DNA of 64,000 nt from an uncultured Verrucomicrobiae bacterium (GCA_963726745.1 CAVSDR010000006.1:128001-192000), one strand, 5' to 3'. Numbered from the stretch's first letter, positions 1-10,545 are shown. Numbers and translations: made by a program. Notes: a model not told the origin generated them from the letters alone.

Positions 1-465
1 CTCGAGGCTCGCATCGAAGCAGCGGTGAAGAACCCGCGCAATCTCGGCGAGATGGAGAATGCCGATGCCGTGGGCACAGTCGGCAGCCCGGACTGCGGCG
101 ACATGCTGCGGATGTGGATCAAATTTAAGGAGGAAGACGGCCGCAAGGTGATCGATCGCGCGAGCTTCCAATCCTTTGGCTGCCAGACGGCGATCGCAGT
201 CGCGAGCGTGGCCACGGAACTTTTAGCCGGCAAGACGATCGAGCAGGCACGCGCGCTCTCGGGCGAAGAATTGGCCGCGCCGCTCGGCGCTCTTCCGCCG
301 GTGCGGATTCATTGCGCGCAACTCGTCGAGGGCGCCCTGCGCAACGCGCTCTCCGGCGAAAAACCGCCGGCAACTTCATCCGCGCCTAACGAGACTGCGC
401 CCACGCTTTTCGCTCAGCTTTCCGCAAGCACCAGCGGCAAAGTGAAAGTGGTTCTGAAACCTTAG
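1..465 (+). CDS. IscU/NifU-type Fe-S cluster scaffold protein (5' end probably outside the window)
   Basis: KNPRNLG..VGSPDCGD..FQSFGC..LPPVRIHC with the three conserved Cys; the frame is open back to base 1. Confidence 0.88.
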   Translation, partial: LEARIEAAVKNPRNLGEMENADAVGTVGSPDCGDMLRMWIKFKEEDGRKVIDRASFQSFGCQTAIAVASVATELLAGKTIEQARALSGEELAAPLGALPPVRIHCAQLVEGALRNALSGEKPPATSSAPNETAPTLFAQLSASTSGKVKVVLKP

Positions 466-469
466 TCCT

Positions 470-1033
470 ATGCACGAAAACACCGAATTCACTCTCAGCC
501 GCGACACCGATGCGATCCAGATCCCGAGCGGGAACAAGACCGTGATCCCTGCCGGCACCACCGGCGTGATCACGCAGACGCTCGGCGGCAGTTACACCAT
601 CGCGACCTACCAGGGCCTCTCGCGCATTGCCGAGAAAGACCTCGACGCGCTCGGCATCGAAAAGCCGCACCTGAACGGCGACCTCGCCTCGACCGCGGCC
701 ACTTCTGGCGGCGGCGGCGAAGTCGACGAGAAAGCCGTCTGGGAGCAGCTCCGCCAGTGCTACGACCCGGAAATCCCGGTCAATATCGTCGACCTCGGCC
801 TGGTTTACGATTGCCAGCTCAAGCAGGGCGACAACGGCGGCACCAAGGTGGAAGTGAAAATGACCCTGACCGCGCCTGGCTGCGGCATGGGCCCCGCCAT
901 TGCCCACGATGCCCAGAGCAAAATCATGAGCATCGAGGGCGTGGACGAAGCGCAAGTGGACTTGGTTTGGGATCCACCGTGGAACCAGAACATGATCAGC
1001 GAAGCCGGCCGAATGAAACTCGGCATGGTCTGA
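470..1033 (+). CDS. sufT: Fe-S cluster assembly protein SufT (DUF59/PaaD-like)
   Basis: YDPEIPVNIVDLGLVY, MTLTAPGCGMG and LVWDPPW motifs, plus the SufT-type N-terminal domain. Confidence 0.88.
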   Translation: MHENTEFTLSRDTDAIQIPSGNKTVIPAGTTGVITQTLGGSYTIATYQGLSRIAEKDLDALGIEKPHLNGDLASTAATSGGGGEVDEKAVWEQLRQCYDPEIPVNIVDLGLVYDCQLKQGDNGGTKVEVKMTLTAPGCGMGPAIAHDAQSKIMSIEGVDEAQVDLVWDPPWNQNMISEAGRMKLGMV

Positions 1034-1064
1034 GCGTCTTCCGGTCCCGGCGCCTCTTGATTGG

Positions 1065-1508
1065 CTAGGGCAGCTCGGGGTCGGTCGAGGTCGCGTCGAA
1101 CCGGTCCTCGATCAGACCCTCGTAGATGTCCTCAGCCGGGGCTTTCATCGCCTCGATCTGCGCGGCGAGATTTTCCGGGCTCCCGTCATCCATGATGATG
1201 AATCCCTGTTGCCGCGCCGTCCGGTAGAGCAGTGCGGAATAGCCTTCCGCCTCGGCGAACTCCGGCTCATTGCGCCAGGTCGCAGCCACCTTTCTCACCA
1301 TTTCGTCCGGGTCGCCCTGGAAGCGGCGGTCGAGCCGCACCTCGAGGTAGATCTGGCCGGCGTGAAAGCCGGCCGCATACGATGAGAGGCCGTGAAACAT
1401 GCGGAAGTATTTGTCCACCCGCGCCACATGTTGCTGGTTAATTTCCTCCAGGCTGCGCGCCTGGATAGTTGCGTCCTGCGGGACGCCAATTGCGATTTTC
1501 TCTTTCAA
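1065..1508 (-). CDS. Hypothetical protein
   Basis: 147-aa ORF with protein-like composition, TTG start preceded by GGAG; no family recognised. Confidence 0.6.
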   Translation of the reverse strand: MKEKIAIGVPQDATIQARSLEEINQQHVARVDKYFRMFHGLSSYAAGFHAGQIYLEVRLDRRFQGDPDEMVRKVAATWRNEPEFAEAEGYSALLYRTARQQGFIIMDDGSPENLAAQIEAMKAPAEDIYEGLIEDRFDATSTDPELP

Positions 1509-1709
1509 CTTTGCTCCTTTTTCCTTCGGGCCACATCTGCTGGTTCTCCAGCCGGGCCACCGCGTCGAACCCCGAAATCGTTCGCTCGGTTGGCGGCGCG
1601 CTGAGATTCAGCGCGCACTCTTGATGCTGCTGCGACCATGCGGGCAGAGCCGTGCGGCGTCAAACGCCCGTCTAATCTCCCAGTCGGCGCGCGGAAATCG
1701 CCGGCTGCG

Positions 1710-1737
1710 TTGACAGGTCGGCGGAGCCTTTTATACT
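1710..1737 (+). promoter_or_regulatory. Sigma70-type promoter for rplI-dnaB
   Basis: TTGACA-16 nt-TATACT, about 60 nt upstream of the rplI ATG. Confidence 0.7.
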
Positions 1738-1794
1738 CCTGTCCCCTCGCCGCGCCCCGGAGCCTTTCGGGTCGCATTCTGGAGACCGACTTTT

Positions 1795-2334
1795 ATGCCT
1801 TCGACTCAAATCATCCTCACCGAAAACATCCCGGGACTTGGCGCCGAAGCCGACATCGTGAAAGTGCGCCGCGGCTTTGCGCGGAACTTCCTCCTGCCCC
1901 AGGGCAAGGCGCATGAAGTCACCAAGTCGAGCATGCGCCAGCTCGATATGCTCAAGGCCAAGCGGGCGGAGCGTGAAGCGAAGGAATTGAACGAGGCCGA
2001 GGAAATCGCCCGCCGCATTGGCAAGTCGAAGATGGTCTTCACCCTCGAGACCGGCGAGAGCGGGAAGGCTTTCGGTTCCGTGACCGCGAACGACATTGCC
2101 ACCCGCCTGAAGAACGAAATCGGCGCCGAGATCGATCGTCATCGCATCGTCCTCGAGCACCCGATCAAGTCCACCGGCGAGCACGAAATCCCGATCAAGC
2201 TGCACGCCGACGTGACTGCGACTTTGAAGTTCAACGTCAAGTCCTCGAGCGAGCCGAAGCCGGAAGTGGAAGAAGCTCCCGAAGCCGGCAGCCGCAGCCG
2301 CACCCCGTCTCGTCCTTCCCGCGATCGAAAGTAA
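1795..2334 (+). CDS. rplI: 50S ribosomal protein L9
   Basis: IILTENIPGLG..VKVRRGFARNFLLP N-terminus; FGSVT; PIKSTGEH. Confidence 0.96.
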   Translation: MPSTQIILTENIPGLGAEADIVKVRRGFARNFLLPQGKAHEVTKSSMRQLDMLKAKRAEREAKELNEAEEIARRIGKSKMVFTLETGESGKAFGSVTANDIATRLKNEIGAEIDRHRIVLEHPIKSTGEHEIPIKLHADVTATLKFNVKSSSEPKPEVEEAPEAGSRSRTPSRPSRDRK

Positions 2335-3831
2335 ATGCCGAGAGATTCTCAAGGACCCGCCCACGGCGGACCTGAGAAACCTCGCAAGCGCCCGGCGAAC
2401 GGAGACGCGCGAGGTTCGGCCCTGAAGAATGGCGAGAGCCGCAATGGCGGCTTATCCCAAGCTTCTTCGCAGGATATTCACCGCACGCTGCCCCACAGCG
2501 TCGAGGCCGAGCAAGGCGTGCTCGGTTCCATGCTCCTGTCGCCGCGCGAGACGATCGCGGAATGCGTCGAGCGCATCACCGAGGAGTATTTCTACATCCC
2601 GGCGCACCAGACGATCTACACGATCCTGGTCGAGCTTTGGAATGCCGGCGCCGGCATCGACCTGATCACCTTCACGCAGACCCTGCGCGACCGGAATCTG
2701 CTCGACCTCGTCGGCGGCGTCCCGTTTGTCACCAGCCTTTTCACCTTCGTCCCGACGGCCGCGAACGTCCTCTACTACATCGAGATCGTCCGCGAGAAGT
2801 ACATCCTCCGGCAGATCATCGCCGCGGCCACCGAAAGCGTGCGCCGCGCCTACGAAGAGCAGGACGAAGTGAACGCGCTCCTCGACGAAGTGGAGCAGAA
2901 AATTTTTGCGGTCGGCGAGGATCGTTTCAAGGGCCAGATGCCTGGGATGAAGGAGCAGGTCATGGGCGCGCTCGAATCGATCGAGCAGCTCTGGGAACGC
3001 CGCGGCGGCATTACCGGCATCTCCACCGGCTTCACCGAGCTCGACCGCATGACCAACGGCCTGCACGACGGCGAAATGGTCATCATTGCCGCTCGTCCCT
3101 CGATGGGCAAAACCGCGTTGGCGATGAACATTGCCGAGCATGTCGCGATCAGCAGCAAGCTCCCGGTGGCCGTCTTCAGCCTCGAGATGAGCAGCCAGCA
3201 ACTCGTGCAGCGTCTCCTCTGCTCCCGCGCGCGGGTCAACCTGCAGAAAGTGCGCGAAGGCTTCCTCGCAGAGCGCGATTTCCCCAGCTTAACCGCGGCC
3301 GCCTCGAAGCTGGCCGAGGCCGAGATTTACATCGATGACGCCGCCGGCCTGAGCATCCTTGAGCTGCGCGCGAAAGCGCGGCGGTTGAAGGCGCAGAAAA
3401 ATATCCGCCTGATTGTGATCGATTACCTCCAGCTCCTGAAGTCGACCACACGGCGCGCGCAGGATAACCGGCAACTTGAGATCTCGGAAATTTCCTCGGG
3501 GATCAAGGCGCTGGCTAAAGAGCTCAAGCTCCCGATCATCGTCCTCGCGCAGCTCAATCGTCAGCCGGAAGCCCGTTCCGGCGGCAAGCCGCGCTTGAGC
3601 GACCTGCGCGAATCCGGCTCGATCGAGCAGGATGCCGACCTCGTGGGATTGCTCGTTCGGCCGGAAGTCTACGAAGAGGACGAGGAAGCGCGCGCGGAGA
3701 AAGCCGGCGAAGCGGAGCTGATTATCGCGAAGCAGCGTAACGGCCCGGTGGGCGAAGTGCCGCTGACTTTCCTGAAGGAGTTCACCCGCTTCGAGGATCG
3801 CGCCCGCGGCGGCGGTCCGCCGCAGGACTAG
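2335..3831 (+). CDS. dnaB: Replicative DNA helicase
   Basis: [13 protein letters not shown], Walker [38 protein letters not shown]. Confidence 0.97.
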   Translation: MPRDSQGPAHGGPEKPRKRPANGDARGSALKNGESRNGGLSQASSQDIHRTLPHSVEAEQGVLGSMLLSPRETIAECVERITEEYFYIPAHQTIYTILVELWNAGAGIDLITFTQTLRDRNLLDLVGGVPFVTSLFTFVPTAANVLYYIEIVREKYILRQIIAAATESVRRAYEEQDEVNALLDEVEQKIFAVGEDRFKGQMPGMKEQVMGALESIEQLWERRGGITGISTGFTELDRMTNGLHDGEMVIIAARPSMGKTALAMNIAEHVAISSKLPVAVFSLEMSSQQLVQRLLCSRARVNLQKVREGFLAERDFPSLTAAASKLAEAEIYIDDAAGLSILELRAKARRLKAQKNIRLIVIDYLQLLKSTTRRAQDNRQLEISEISSGIKALAKELKLPIIVLAQLNRQPEARSGGKPRLSDLRESGSIEQDADLVGLLVRPEVYEEDEEARAEKAGEAELIIAKQRNGPVGEVPLTFLKEFTRFEDRARGGGPPQD

Positions 3832-4664
3832 GCTTTCACGAAAGTGAAAAGGCCGTAGCGCATCGCGTTCACGCGATACGCGATCCAAATGCGCAGGATC
3901 GTGAGCGCGAAGACGCGGTTCCCTTCGTGCGGATTGAAAAGGAAACGCAGGTAGCGTGGCTCGGTGAGAAATTTAGCCAGCAGGATGCGCACGATCGAGG
4001 GCCAGGTGCGCTCCACCTGCCGCGTGATGTCGTCAAAGTTTCGTAGGGAAAAGCCGGCCTTGCCCGCGAGCGTTTCATACTCGCTCGCGCTCCCGAGCTC
4101 CGGCATCCGGCCCTCGCGGCAGATTGGTTCCAGCAACCAGCGCTCCGCGCGCGGCGAAGGATCCTCCGCCGCCAGCCAGGCGCAAATGACCAGCCGTCCG
4201 CCCGGCCGCAGGACGCGCGCAGCTTGCCGAAAAAACTCCGGCTTCGAGGGCATGTGCTCCGAGCTTTCGATCGCAATCGCGGCATCGAACATCTCGTCGG
4301 CTAAATCGTTTTCGAGCCAGTCGCCGAGGAGAAATTGCGGATTCGCCCGGCCTTCGTTGCGCTCCACCGCGATGGCAAATTGCGCCGGCGACAAGGTCAT
4401 CGCCGTGACCTCGGCCCCGCGTTCCGCCAGCCAGCGCGCGGTTGCGCCGTAGCCGCAGCCGATGTCGACCACCGCGCGTGCTTCCCCGGCTTCGCGCGCG
4501 ACGCGTTCCGTGAGATTGATTACCGCCTCGGCGCGCGACTCGTCGCCGCGCAGCCAGAGCCCGTGGTGCACATGCTCGCCCCAGACGTCGCGGTAAAAGC
4601 GATCGAGCTCGTCGTAATGCGCGGCGACCGCGGCCGGCTCGATCGGGACGCGCGAGGCGATCAC
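3828..4664 (-). CDS. Class I SAM-dependent methyltransferase (tocopherol/sterol-methyltransferase-like)
   Basis: [41 protein letters not shown]; its GTG start overlaps the tkt stop (GTGA). Confidence 0.85.
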   Translation of the reverse strand: MIASRVPIEPAAVAAHYDELDRFYRDVWGEHVHHGLWLRGDESRAEAVINLTERVAREAGEARAVVDIGCGYGATARWLAERGAEVTAMTLSPAQFAIAVERNEGRANPQFLLGDWLENDLADEMFDAAIAIESSEHMPSKPEFFRQAARVLRPGGRLVICAWLAAEDPSPRAERWLLEPICREGRMPELGSASEYETLAGKAGFSLRNFDDITRQVERTWPSIVRILLAKFLTEPRYLRFLFNPHEGNRVFALTILRIWIAYRVNAMRYGLFTFVKA

Positions 4665-6650
4665 ACGAGCGAGCGCGCGGCGTCGATCACGTGCTGTGCA
4701 TCGATCCCGAGTTCCTTCATGACCACGTCGCCCGGCGCGCTCAGGCCAAAGCGATGCAGGCCGACAACCTTGCCATCGAGCCCGACGTAGCGGAACCAGG
4801 TGTCGGGCACGCCCGCCTCGATCGCGACCCGCTTGCGACAAGTCGCTGGCAAAACTTCCGCGCGATATTCCTCGGGTTGCCGCTCGAAGCGTTCGAAGCA
4901 AGGCATCGAGACCACGCGCGTCCCCTCGCCCAGCTCCTTCGCGGCCGCGAGCGCGTGCTGCAATTCGCTCCCGCAGGAAAGAAGAATGCACTCGAGCTCG
5001 CCGCTTTCGCGCTTCGCGATGTAGCCACCGCGGGCCACGCCTTCGCGGCGCAGGTTGCACGTCGATTTCGTTCAGCATCGGCACGGCCTGGCGAGTGAGC
5101 GCGAGCAGTGTCGGCCCATCGGTGTGCTGCGCTGCGGCCGCGAAGGCGCCGGCGGTTTCCTCCGGATCGGCCGGACGGATGACATCGAGCTGCGGGATCA
5201 CGCGCAAACCGCTGACCGTTTCCACCGGCTGGTGCGTGGGCCCGTCTTCGCCGACGCCGATGGAGTCGTGCGTGAAGATGTAAATGTTCGGCAATTTCGC
5301 GAGTGCGGCGAGGCGGATGGCCGCGCGGCAGTAATCGGCGAAGACCAGGAAGGTCGCGCCGGACGCACGGAAAACGCCGTGGTAGCTGACGCCGTTCATG
5401 ATCGCGCACATGCCGTGTTCGCGGATGCCGAAATGGATGTTTCGCCCGAGCGCGTTCGAGCGGGTAAAATCCTCGCCGCCCTCGATGTAATTCAAAGTCG
5501 AGCCATGGAGGTCAGCGCTCCCGCTGATCAAGAACGGCATCGCCTGCGCGATCGGCTGGAGCGCTTCGCTCCCGGCTTTGCGCGTGGCCAGCTTGGCGTC
5601 GGCCGCGAAGTGCGGGATTTGCTCGAGCAAATTAGCCGGCACTTTCTTGTCGATCGCGTCGTCGAGCTGCTGCGCTTTCTCGGCGTTCTGCGCGCGCCAG
5701 GCCTGGTAGGTTTTTTCCCAGCGTCGATATTGCCGGATAAGCGCTTTCTTGTGCTTCGCGAAATACTCGCGCGTCTCCGGCGAGACGTAGAAGTGCTCCG
5801 CCGGCAGGCCGAGATTGCGCCGCGCTTCGTCGACGAATTTCACGCCTGCTTCCCCGTGCGCCTTGGAGGTTCCGGCCACCTCGGGAATGCCTTTGCCGAT
5901 GAGCGTCCGCGCAATGATCATCTGCGGCTTGCCGTTGTCGCGCTTCTTCGCCTTGTTCAGCGCTTTCAGGATCGCCGGCATGTCGTTGCCATCGATCGTC
6001 TGCACGTCGAAGCCGTAGGCGACGTAGCGCTTCGCGGTGTCTTCGCTTTGGGTGGCCGCGGCCATGGCGTCGAGCGTGACCGCGTTTGAGTCGTAGATCA
6101 GGATAAGGTTATCGAGTCCAAAGTGAGCCGCGAACGCGCTCGCCTCGGCAGAGACGCCTTCCTGAAGGCAGCCGTCGCCCGCGAGGCAGATGACGTGCTG
6201 ATCGAAGATCGGATGCTCCGCGGTGTTGAACCGCGCCGCGGCCATCTTCGCGGCCATGGCCACGCCGACCGCGTTGCCCACGCCCTGCCCCAGCGGGCCA
6301 GTGGTGCACTCGACCCCCGGCGTTTCGAAAAACTCCGGGTGGCCCGGCGTCTTGCTGTGTAATTGCCGGAAAGCTTTCACGTCCTCGAGCGAAAGATCGT
6401 AGCCGCTGAGATGGAGCCAGGCGTAGAGAAGCATGCTCCCGTGGCCGGCGGAGAGAATGAAGTAATCGCGCCCGATCCAGCGCGGCTCGTCAGGGTTGTG
6501 CTGGAGCACCTGGCCGTAGAGGACGGCGGCGATCTCCGCGCACCCGAGCGGGAGGCCGAGGTGGCCGGATTTCGAGGCCTGCACCGCATCCATCGCCAGG
6601 CCGCGGGCTTCGGTCGCGGCGCGCGAAAGCGCTTCAAGATTCAGACTCAT
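4661..6650 (-). CDS. tkt: Transketolase (+1 frameshift near 5053, probably a sequencing error)
   Basis: [41 protein letters not shown]; the C-terminus (VVSMPC, FGLSAPG) continues in ORF 4661..5038. Confidence 0.95.
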
Positions 6651-6759
6651 CTTGCTGTCTATACTGGTGCGAGCCGAGGAGGGGAAATGATTTCGCGCCG
6701 CCCGACAGAAGCGGCCTTGCATTCCCCGGGAAAGGCAGAGACTGGTGCTCCAGCGACCC

Positions 6760-7890
6760 ATGAATCAGCCGCTTTTTCTCCATATCGTCGAGCGCCTGGA
6801 AGGCTTCCTGGGTAAGCTTCCCGCGGGCATCCAAAAGCCGATCCTGCAGGAGCTCACGCCCTTGAAGGAACTCTTCCTGAAACAACGCGCGCCGCGCCTG
6901 GTGCTGACCGGTTCGCACAAAAGCCCAGTGCAGGAAGTGGTGGCGGCGCTTTTCGCGACTGCGCAGCCGGCGGATTTGCGCGACCGGCTGATGGAAGTCT
7001 ACCGCTGGCAGGCGATCGAAGTCGCCGGGCTGGGCTCGATCGAGGTGCTCGATGCGCGCGGCAGCGACGAGGCCGCGCAGCAGCAGATCGAGGAAGAACT
7101 CGCGCGCGCCTCGGCGGACATGTTGCTTCACCTGGTCGATGGCGATAGCGCGCGGCCGGTGCTTACGCGCGATCTCGAGACGCTGGAGAAATTGGCGGCT
7201 ACGGGAACCGCTCGCATCATTGGCATTTCGCTCACCAGCCCCGCCCGGCACGCGAGCGACGACAAGCCAATCGCTGCGACCAAGCTGCAGACGGCACTGC
7301 TCGAGCAACCCGCGCTTAAGACCCGCGTGCTTCAGGTGCTCGAGCTTCCACTGGTGCAAGGCGATGCCGGCAATGGCGCGGCGTTGCGCTTCATGGCCTT
7401 GCTCGCGCGCGAACTGCCCAACGAGGCCCGCGTGGAGATGGTGCGCATCTCACGCGACCGCGAAGCGCAGATCGCGATTGCCAATGTGCTGGTTAAATCC
7501 ACCAGCGCGATCAGCACCGCGATCGGCGCGCAGCCGATCCCGCTGGCGGATTTGCCGATCCTGACCACGCTCCAGCTGGTGATGGTTTCCGGCATCATGT
7601 ATCTCTCCGGCCGCGAGCGAACGCTGCGCGCGGCCACGGAATTTGTCGGCGCCCTCGGGGTGAACGTGGGCGCGGGCATGGTCCTGCGCGAAGGCACGCG
7701 CGCGCTCCTGAAGTTTTTCCCCGGTTGGGGCAATGTCGTCTGCGGGATGGTCGCGGGCGCGGGCACGTATGCGCTCGGCCGCTCGGCGATCGTCTATTTT
7801 CTCGAGGGTGTTTCGCTCAAGGATGCGCGCCGGATTTACCTGCGAAGCCGGAAGAAGGCGCCGCGCCCGGAGGCGCTGCCAGCTCGCTGA
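6760..7890 (+). CDS. YcjF/DUF697-family protein with a degenerate GTPase-like N-terminal domain
   Basis: C-terminal [35 protein letters not shown] is typical of DUF697. Confidence 0.7.
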   Translation: MNQPLFLHIVERLEGFLGKLPAGIQKPILQELTPLKELFLKQRAPRLVLTGSHKSPVQEVVAALFATAQPADLRDRLMEVYRWQAIEVAGLGSIEVLDARGSDEAAQQQIEEELARASADMLLHLVDGDSARPVLTRDLETLEKLAATGTARIIGISLTSPARHASDDKPIAATKLQTALLEQPALKTRVLQVLELPLVQGDAGNGAALRFMALLARELPNEARVEMVRISRDREAQIAIANVLVKSTSAISTAIGAQPIPLADLPILTTLQLVMVSGIMYLSGRERTLRAATEFVGALGVNVGAGMVLREGTRALLKFFPGWGNVVCGMVAGAGTYALGRSAIVYFLEGVSLKDARRIYLRSRKKAPRPEALPAR

Positions 7891-7986
7891 ATAACTTGTG
7901 AATAAGAGTGAACGCTGCGGCGCAGATTGTTCACAGGCTGGTGTGAATAGCAGCCGCCTTTTCTCTGCGCGCCCGCGCTTGATCCA

Positions 7987-9357
7987 TTGAAGCTTTCCGA
8001 GATCGACGCCACCCTGCGCGAGATTCGCGTCTCGCCGGTGAAGACGCTGGGGCAGAATTTTCTGCACGACCGCAACCTCGCGCGCTGGATCGTCGCGCGG
8101 GCCAACCTCACGGCCGACGATTACGTGGTCGAAGTGGGGCCGGGACTCGGCGCGCTCACGGAGCACATCCTCGCCACCGGCGCCCGCGTGCTCGCGATCG
8201 AGAAGGATGCACGACTGGCGAATTTTCTCCGCGAACGCTTCGCGGGCGAGCGACTGGAGATCATCCATGGCGACGCGCTCGACTTCGATGTGCGGCAGCT
8301 TTGGGCGCAGCCGCAGGTGAAGTTCATCGGCAACCTGCCGTATAATATTTCCAGCCAGCTGGTGCTGCAGTTTACGCGGTATCCAAGCCCCATTTCTCTC
8401 TGGTTGTGCATGTTACAGAAGGAAATGGCGAAGCGCCTCGCGGCGATTCCGGGCTCGGCGGACTACGGCGCGCTCAGCCTGCTGGTGCAGGTGCGCTATC
8501 GCGTGGACTACCTGCGCACCGTCCCGGCGAGCGTCTTTCTGCCGCGGCCGGAAGTGGACTCGGCCTTCGTCCAGCTCTCGCCGCGGCCGGCGGGCGAGCT
8601 GCCTTATTTCGATGCGGAATTGTGGACGCGGCTGGTGAAGCGCGGCTTCTCTCAACGGCGCAAGCAGCTGCAGAAATTGCTGCGCGAAGAGGTGACGGAC
8701 TGGGCCGGCGCGGCCGAGGCGGCGGGCTGTGGGCTGCAGGCGCGCGCGGAAGAGTTGGCGCTCGAACAATGGATCGCGCTGGCTAATTTCGTGCGGCCAC
8801 CGCCGACGGCGGCAACCGCGAACGACCTCGCAGGCCGCTTTGCGGTCGTGGACGCCGCAGATCACGTCACCGGCGCCGCGCCCCGCAGCGAAGTGCATGG
8901 GAATAACTTGCTCCATCGCGCGGTCCACCTGCTCCTGCGGAACGATCGCGGCGAGATCTTTCTGCAAAAACGCTCGCCCCTGAAGGACCGGCATCCAGGC
9001 GTGTGGGATTCGAGTGCCGCGGGCCATGTAGACGAGGGCGAAGACTACGACGTGACCGCGCAGCGCGAACTCAAGGAAGAACTCGGCGTCGCCGCCGAAC
9101 TGACGCGCGTGCTCAAGCTCCCGGCCTCAGCCCGCACCGGGCAGGAGTTTATCTGGCTCTATTGCGGCCGGCACAATGGGCCCTTTCGGCTGGCCCACAG
9201 CGAGATCGAGCTGGGGGAGTTTTTCCCACCTGAGGTGATCACCGCATGGCTGCACGCGCGGCCGGACGATTTCGCGCCCGGCTTTGTGGAATGCTGGGAA
9301 GCCTGGCGGAAAACAGACAGCGCTTTCGCTGCCGGGATGCCGCCAAAACCGGCCTAA
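7987..9357 (+). CDS. rsmA: 16S rRNA m6,2A dimethyltransferase RsmA/KsgA fused to a C-terminal Nudix hydrolase
   Basis: LGQNFL, VEVGPGLGALT, GNLPYNISS, FSQRRKQL, then the Nudix box GHVDEGEDYDVTAQRELKEELG in the same frame. Confidence 0.92.
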   Translation: MKLSEIDATLREIRVSPVKTLGQNFLHDRNLARWIVARANLTADDYVVEVGPGLGALTEHILATGARVLAIEKDARLANFLRERFAGERLEIIHGDALDFDVRQLWAQPQVKFIGNLPYNISSQLVLQFTRYPSPISLWLCMLQKEMAKRLAAIPGSADYGALSLLVQVRYRVDYLRTVPASVFLPRPEVDSAFVQLSPRPAGELPYFDAELWTRLVKRGFSQRRKQLQKLLREEVTDWAGAAEAAGCGLQARAEELALEQWIALANFVRPPPTAATANDLAGRFAVVDAADHVTGAAPRSEVHGNNLLHRAVHLLLRNDRGEIFLQKRSPLKDRHPGVWDSSAAGHVDEGEDYDVTAQRELKEELGVAAELTRVLKLPASARTGQEFIWLYCGRHNGPFRLAHSEIELGEFFPPEVITAWLHARPDDFAPGFVECWEAWRKTDSAFAAGMPPKPA

Positions 9358-9719
9358 CGACGGCGCGAGGCAGCAGCGGACTTCTTGCTGCCGCCGCTCT
9401 TCTTCGCGGCCGACTTGCCTTTGGCGGTGGATTTTCCCTTGGCCGCAGATTTCGCTTTCGTCGCCTGCGGCTTCTCCGCCGCCACGGGGCCGCGGAAAAC
9501 CCGGTCCGGCAGATCGGACATGGCGGATTTTTTGAACTTCCGCGCGGCGCGGCGGGCGCCTTCCTTCCCGCCATAGACGGTGTCGCTAAACATCTTCGTG
9601 ACCGCGCGGTCGCCGCGGAGGAAGTGCACCTGGAAGCCATGGGTTTGCTTCTTCGAACGCGGCTTGGAATCAATGCGCCGGATGTTTTCTTCGGAGTCGG
9701 GATTGGCTCGTTTTTTCAT
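9354..9719 (-). CDS. AP2-domain-like basic DNA-binding protein with a Lys/Ala-rich tail
   Basis: IRRID..THGFQVHF..TKMFSDTVYGGKEGARRAA fits the bacterial AP2 pattern; tail AKSAAKGKSTAKGKSAAKK. Confidence 0.65.
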   Translation of the reverse strand: MKKRANPDSEENIRRIDSKPRSKKQTHGFQVHFLRGDRAVTKMFSDTVYGGKEGARRAARKFKKSAMSDLPDRVFRGPVAAEKPQATKAKSAAKGKSTAKGKSAAKKSGGSKKSAAASRRR

Positions 9720-9786
9720 GCGAATATTGCCTAACGAACGCAACCTAAAACAAAAACGGGAGGGCGCAACGGTGAAACCGCGATCT

Positions 9787-10545
9787 TTATTCCGCCCCGC
9801 TCAAAGCCGAGGGCGGCGGCAGATTCCAGCGCTCCCAGCGCGCGGCGTATTCCTTCTGCGGGAGCAGCGCGTAACAAGGAGAAGCTTCCTTTCGCAGCCA
9901 ACGAATCAGCTGCACGAGCTTCGCTTCCGCCATCGTGGTGCAACCAGCAGTCGGGCGCGTGACCCCGCGACGGATGTGGAAAAAGATCGCGCTCCCCTCG
10001 CCCGGCACCGGCGGATCGGAGTTGTGCCGCACCTCGACCAGCCAGCGATAAGCGAAATCGCCCGCGCGCATTTTCTCGTGGCTGTAATTGTCCGGCGGGT
10101 TCGCCGGATCGATCACAATGTGCCGGTTATAATTCGGCGAGCGCGGGTCGTCGCTCCAGAGATCGCCTTCGCCCACCTGGCGAAATGGGTAATCCGAGCC
10201 GGCCGGCAGTTGCTCATCGTAGGTGTAGATTTTCCCGAGCCGGAAGACGCCGGCAGGCGCGCGGCCGTCGCGCTCTTTCTTATGCAATCCGGGCTCCTCC
10301 TGTCCGGCGAGACCGATGCCCCAGGCGAGACCGTTTTTCCCGAAGAGCACCGGGACGGCAGTGCCCTCCGCGTTCCACTTTCCGCCGCGCTCCCGGGTGA
10401 ACTTCCACAGCGTCCCTTGCGAGGAATCCCAATCCGGCGCGACCGCGACGATCAGCTGCCGGCAATCATCCGGCACGCCGGCGGCATGGGCGTTGCTAGC
10501 CAGGAAGAGAAGCGCGAGAAGGTAAAGGCGGGCGGCCGGGAACAT
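9787..10545 (-). CDS. L,D-transpeptidase (YkuD-like) family protein, secreted
   Basis: Signal peptide; KKERDGRAPAG, GSAIFFH..PTAGC catalytic His/Cys. Confidence 0.8.
   Translation of the reverse strand: MFPAARLYLLALLFLASNAHAAGVPDDCRQLIVAVAPDWDSSQGTLWKFTRERGGKWNAEGTAVPVLFGKNGLAWGIGLAGQEEPGLHKKERDGRAPAGVFRLGKIYTYDEQLPAGSDYPFRQVGEGDLWSDDPRSPNYNRHIVIDPANPPDNYSHEKMRAGDFAYRWLVEVRHNSDPPVPGEGSAIFFHIRRGVTRPTAGCTTMAEAKLVQLIRWLRKEASPCYALLPQKEYAARWERWNLPPPSALSGAE

Noticed and set aside
3828..6761. 977-aa transketolase-methyltransferase fusion in the ORF track
   Set aside because: Created by one extra base near 5053; the true tkt C-terminus is in another frame and ends at 4661.
7887..7986. oriC
   Set aside because: Only about three boxes in under 100 nt, no clear unwinding element and no dnaA/dnaN nearby; kept only as a DnaA-box cluster.
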